A DNA stretch of 37,560 nucleotides, taken from assembly GCA_037445735.1 (NCBI GenBank), contig JBBIJY010000024.1:1-37560 (forward strand), given 5' to 3'. Below are positions 34,671 through 37,560 of the stretch, piece by piece. Within the stretch, counting starts at the first letter, position 1. Every line of letters begins with the position of its first letter. Origin of the DNA: Armatimonadota bacterium (GTDB lineage: Bacteria; Armatimonadota; Fimbriimonadia; Fimbriimonadales; GBS-DC). The notes beneath the pieces were generated by a model that searched no databases, was not told the origin of the DNA, and worked only from the letters and a program-made list of their open reading frames with translations. The translations under genes were made by a program, and so were the position numbers.

Positions 34671-35260
34671 CGAATAGGCATAGGAGGTCCAATCGGCGGG
34701 ATAAATAGCGGGTCGCACTGGTAGCAACCAAGAATGCATCCAGCTATCACAGGCACCCACATAGTGATGCAGGGAATCACACATGCAGCGATAATAGGTA
34801 AGCAATGCCTTCCCGCTTGGCTCAAACATCGTATACAAACAGGGTTGACAATTCCTAATGTTGCACAAACCAATAAACAACCAAGGGCTACTAGACATTT
34901 CAGAATGCCACTTAAACCTGCGCATCTGAATATACACGAAGCGATACCCGCCAAGCCCCATGTGATACATCTGGTAATACACTCAGGATTCCAGCCACAA
35001 CCGGGAGGAGGATAATGAATATACCTTTTTGGAAAGTCAGAAACGCCACATTCGTTATCTTCTAATGCTGAACAGACCATGGTCCTTTGTGGCTGAAAAA
35101 GGCAGGCACAAGGTGTAGGTTGCTCACTCTGCACCGCCAGCCCGTTGCTATCCTGCGGATAATAACCCCACGGATCACCTGATGAACCCATCATCAGTAA
35201 AGTACCCCCACTGTGTGCAAACCGCCAGTTCTCATTATACCCCAGCGCGTTTCCTGTGGG
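34667..35260 (-). CDS. Orphan RHS C-terminal module with a 20-Cys hydrophobic tip (frame open from 35260; first ATG at 35194)
   Basis: 175-aa ORF plus 22 open upstream codons. YPQDSNGLAV parallels LYQDWFGVRV in the upstream RHS. Repeated CxxxC motifs. Confidence 0.65.
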   Translation of the reverse strand, partial: PTGNALGYNENWRFAHSGGTLLMMGSSGDPWGYYPQDSNGLAVQSEQPTPCACLFQPQRTMVCSALEDNECGVSDFPKRYIHYPPPGCGWNPECITRCITWGLAGIASCIFRCAGLSGILKCLVALGCLLVCATLGIVNPVCIRCLSQAGRHCLPIIAACVIPCITMWVPVIAGCILGCYQCDPLFIPPIGPPMPIR

Positions 35261-35268
35261 TCAGTGTT

Positions 35269-35865
35269 TCACTTCCCGCCTTTTGGAGGCGTAAACAGCG
35301 ATGCGGCCACGCGCTGAACTGTCGGCTCTAGTATCTCAAACATCCAGCAGAAGCCCTTCGCCTGATCCTCGAACACTACTTGCCACTTTATCAGCACCAG
35401 ACCACCCTCCAGATTCACCCAGCGCCGATATTCGCGATAGTTCGATCCGCGCCACTCCTGCCACTGAGCCTGTAGATTACCGACCCGTTCCTTCCCCTGA
35501 CGGCTTTGCACCCTGGGCACGGCAAGACCAAGTGCTCTCAACAAAGGCTGTTCTGGTAACGCCCGCGGGAAGGTCTCCTCCTCTTCTTCAGCACGCACGC
35601 GCCCCGTTCGAGGGTCAATCTCGTACTGTTTGCCACCAACATACAAGAAGATGCTATCGCCCGACTCGATGCGCGCGTGCTGGGGTGTAAGCCAGTACTG
35701 CCCAAACTGAGATTCTGGCGCCGGAAGAGAAGACTGTCCCTTGGTCGAGGCTCCGAAAAGATAGCCCCATCCTGTAATCGTCATTAGTTCATCGCCCGAC
35801 GCGTGTTCTACAGGAATATTCTGCGCTCGCTGCAGCCAACGCCAAAGTGCTATGGTTCTCATCAT
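35269..35865 (-). CDS. Hypothetical protein coupled to the RHS gene (candidate immunity/partner; possibly LolA-like beta fold)
   Basis: ATGA overlap with the RHS stop and SD AGGAGG. Beta-strand-rich pattern ending in SLFTPP. Confidence 0.65.
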   Translation of the reverse strand: MMRTIALWRWLQRAQNIPVEHASGDELMTITGWGYLFGASTKGQSSLPAPESQFGQYWLTPQHARIESGDSIFLYVGGKQYEIDPRTGRVRAEEEEETFPRALPEQPLLRALGLAVPRVQSRQGKERVGNLQAQWQEWRGSNYREYRRWVNLEGGLVLIKWQVVFEDQAKGFCWMFEILEPTVQRVAASLFTPPKGGK

Positions 35866-37560
35866 TGCCCTCCTGAAATTTTAGGTGTCTCTGTACCTTT
35901 GGCACAGTCAGGCGGAAGAGTTATTTTCACCCCGCCAGGGCATTCTACGGTTGCGCCAGGTGGAGCACAAGCAGGTGGCTGACCCGGACAAACGAACATG
36001 CAAAGACCTTCAGGACACTTGAATGGCTCCGGTGATGGGTTGGGGGAAGGCGTGGGTTGTGGCGAGGGAGCCGGCTCTGGCTTAGGCTTCTGAGGCGGGG
36101 TGGGGTCAAAAAAGCGTGCACACAACCATTCGCAAAAACCACGAGGACGAAGGAAAGGAGGTAACCATCGCTTGCATTTTCTAACACAGTCTTGGTAATC
36201 CCGCGGTATAAGATCGCCAAGTTTTTTCAGGAGGTCGTCCAAGTCATCGGACGAAAGATACTCCGGCACACGCTTGGGCACACCTGCCGTCTCAAACTCC
36301 CCGCCGACCCGCACGCCGAACCAGTCCTGATACAGCATCGCTCCTGCAGGCGGCGGTGTCAGCCCACTCAGCCAGTGCCCTGCTAACCACCCATAGTCCT
36401 GGGCACTCTCAGCACCTGCACCATACCACACACTGCTCAACCCTGCCATATACTCCTCCAGCGTCTCCCACCTCTCGCTCCCTATCGCCCGATTATACAC
36501 CCGCATCGGCACGCCCCCACACCCTATCCGACACACATACCGATACTCCTGCTGAGCCAGACCATCCCGCTTCCAGACCCGAACACCATCACTATTGTAC
36601 CCGTACTCATACACGACCTGCGTGCTGTTGCCGTAATCCCGCTCTATCCGCGTCAAACGACCCTCCTCATCATACCCGAACACCCGCGTATAACTGTTCG
36701 GCTGATTAGTGCTCCACCGCGCCAGCGTCCCTTCAGGGTTCCACACAAAACTATGCTCCTCGCCACTCCACACATCCAGCACGCTCGCCAACCGACCCGA
36801 CGCCGCGTCATAACTGTACACATCCTAGTGCGTCCCGTTCACCACATCGTCCCACATCACCATCGCCCGACTGCCATCGGGATTGTAGTCATAACTCCGA
36901 TGGTACGCCACCTGACCCGTGCGCACCTCGCTCCCTAACCGACCCGCAGGCGTGTAGCTGTAAACCGTCGTGTCCCCACTCGGACGCTCCACGCTCTGCT
37001 CCACCCGACCCAGCAGGTCATAAGTGTACTCGTACCCGATCAACAAACTCCCATCCCCCCGCTTGTGTTCCACCTTCCACACATGCCCCACCTGCGACGG
37101 ATTGTCCGCGCCATAGTAAGTATACGCCACAAAACTCCCGTTCGGGTAATCCTCTCGCTGCAGCCGCCCCGTGCCCCGCTCATAACTGTACACCACACTG
37201 CCCCGATAATCGCCCACGCTTTGCAGCCGTCCCAGCGCATCATAGGTGTACTCAATCGTGCGCACGACACTCTCGTCCGACCGACGCTCCTTCTCAAACC
37301 GCTTCCTGCCCGCCGCGTCGTACTCCGCCGACACCACCTGCACCTCTATGCCCAACTCGCTCCCACAGCATCCCTGCTGGCGCAACACCCGACCCCACGC
37401 ATCGTAGGTATACTCCCGACGCCCAGCGCCGTCCACAACCCATACCCGACGGTTCTCACCGTCCCAGCCCATACTTACATCGGCACTGCACGGATAGTCT
37501 ATCCTCCGCAACCGACCCCACGCGTCATAAATATAGGTCGTCACCTCGCTCCCGCTCGCC
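35862..37560 (-). pseudogene. RHS/YD-repeat protein, 3' part, interrupted by a single in-frame TAG; continues beyond the window end
   Basis: Many Y.YD..GR repeats. ORFs 36825-37544 and 35862-36821 share a frame and are separated by CAC-TAG-GAT-GTG (TAG at 36827-36825). The frame stays open to the window edge. Confidence 0.8.

Noticed and set aside
34671-34982. N-terminal extension of the 413-aa membrane ORF
   Set aside because: It overlaps the Cys-rich ORF in another frame. ATG 34670 with the ATGA coupling is the better start.
36825-36827. Pyrrolysine or stop-codon reassignment at the RHS TAG
   Set aside because: TAG ends several clear genes in the window and no pyl genes are visible. A nonsense mutation or sequencing error is simpler.

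Overview
GC-rich bacterial chromosome segment. The gene content suggests Armatimonadota (Fimbriimonadales-like); this is inferred from DUF1559/H-X9-DG prepilins, a PEP-CTERM protein, a dockerin-like-tailed metalloprotease, and Uma2 and coiled-coil PD-(D/E)XK proteins. Bases 1-33.5 kb are mostly housekeeping and envelope genes: amidase, deoC, trkA, lptB, purL, LD-carboxypeptidase, acyl-CoA dehydrogenase, rpsT, ftsE, pfkA and a DUF433/DUF5615 TA pair. The last ~3.9 kb is a compositionally distinct polymorphic-toxin-like locus on the minus strand. It holds a non-canonical RHS/YD gene broken by one in-frame TAG with a Cys-rich tip, a translationally coupled partner gene, a 5'-truncated orphan RHS tip, and a coupled AT-rich multi-pass membrane gene. 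The orphan tip's 16 core cysteines are spaced mirror-symmetrically, suggesting a disulfide-laddered hydrophobic hairpin. Non-coding signals include a 165-bp MITE with TIRs and a 9-bp TSD, a dispersed hairpin/G-quadruplex repeat, GTAG-type REPs and a consensus sigma-54 promoter before the PEP-CTERM gene. A recurring GCAGG-N18/19-GAAT/GTAT (SigH-like) motif also sits just upstream of 6-7 genes, several of which look leaderless. All family calls come from motif recognition by eye; no database search was run.
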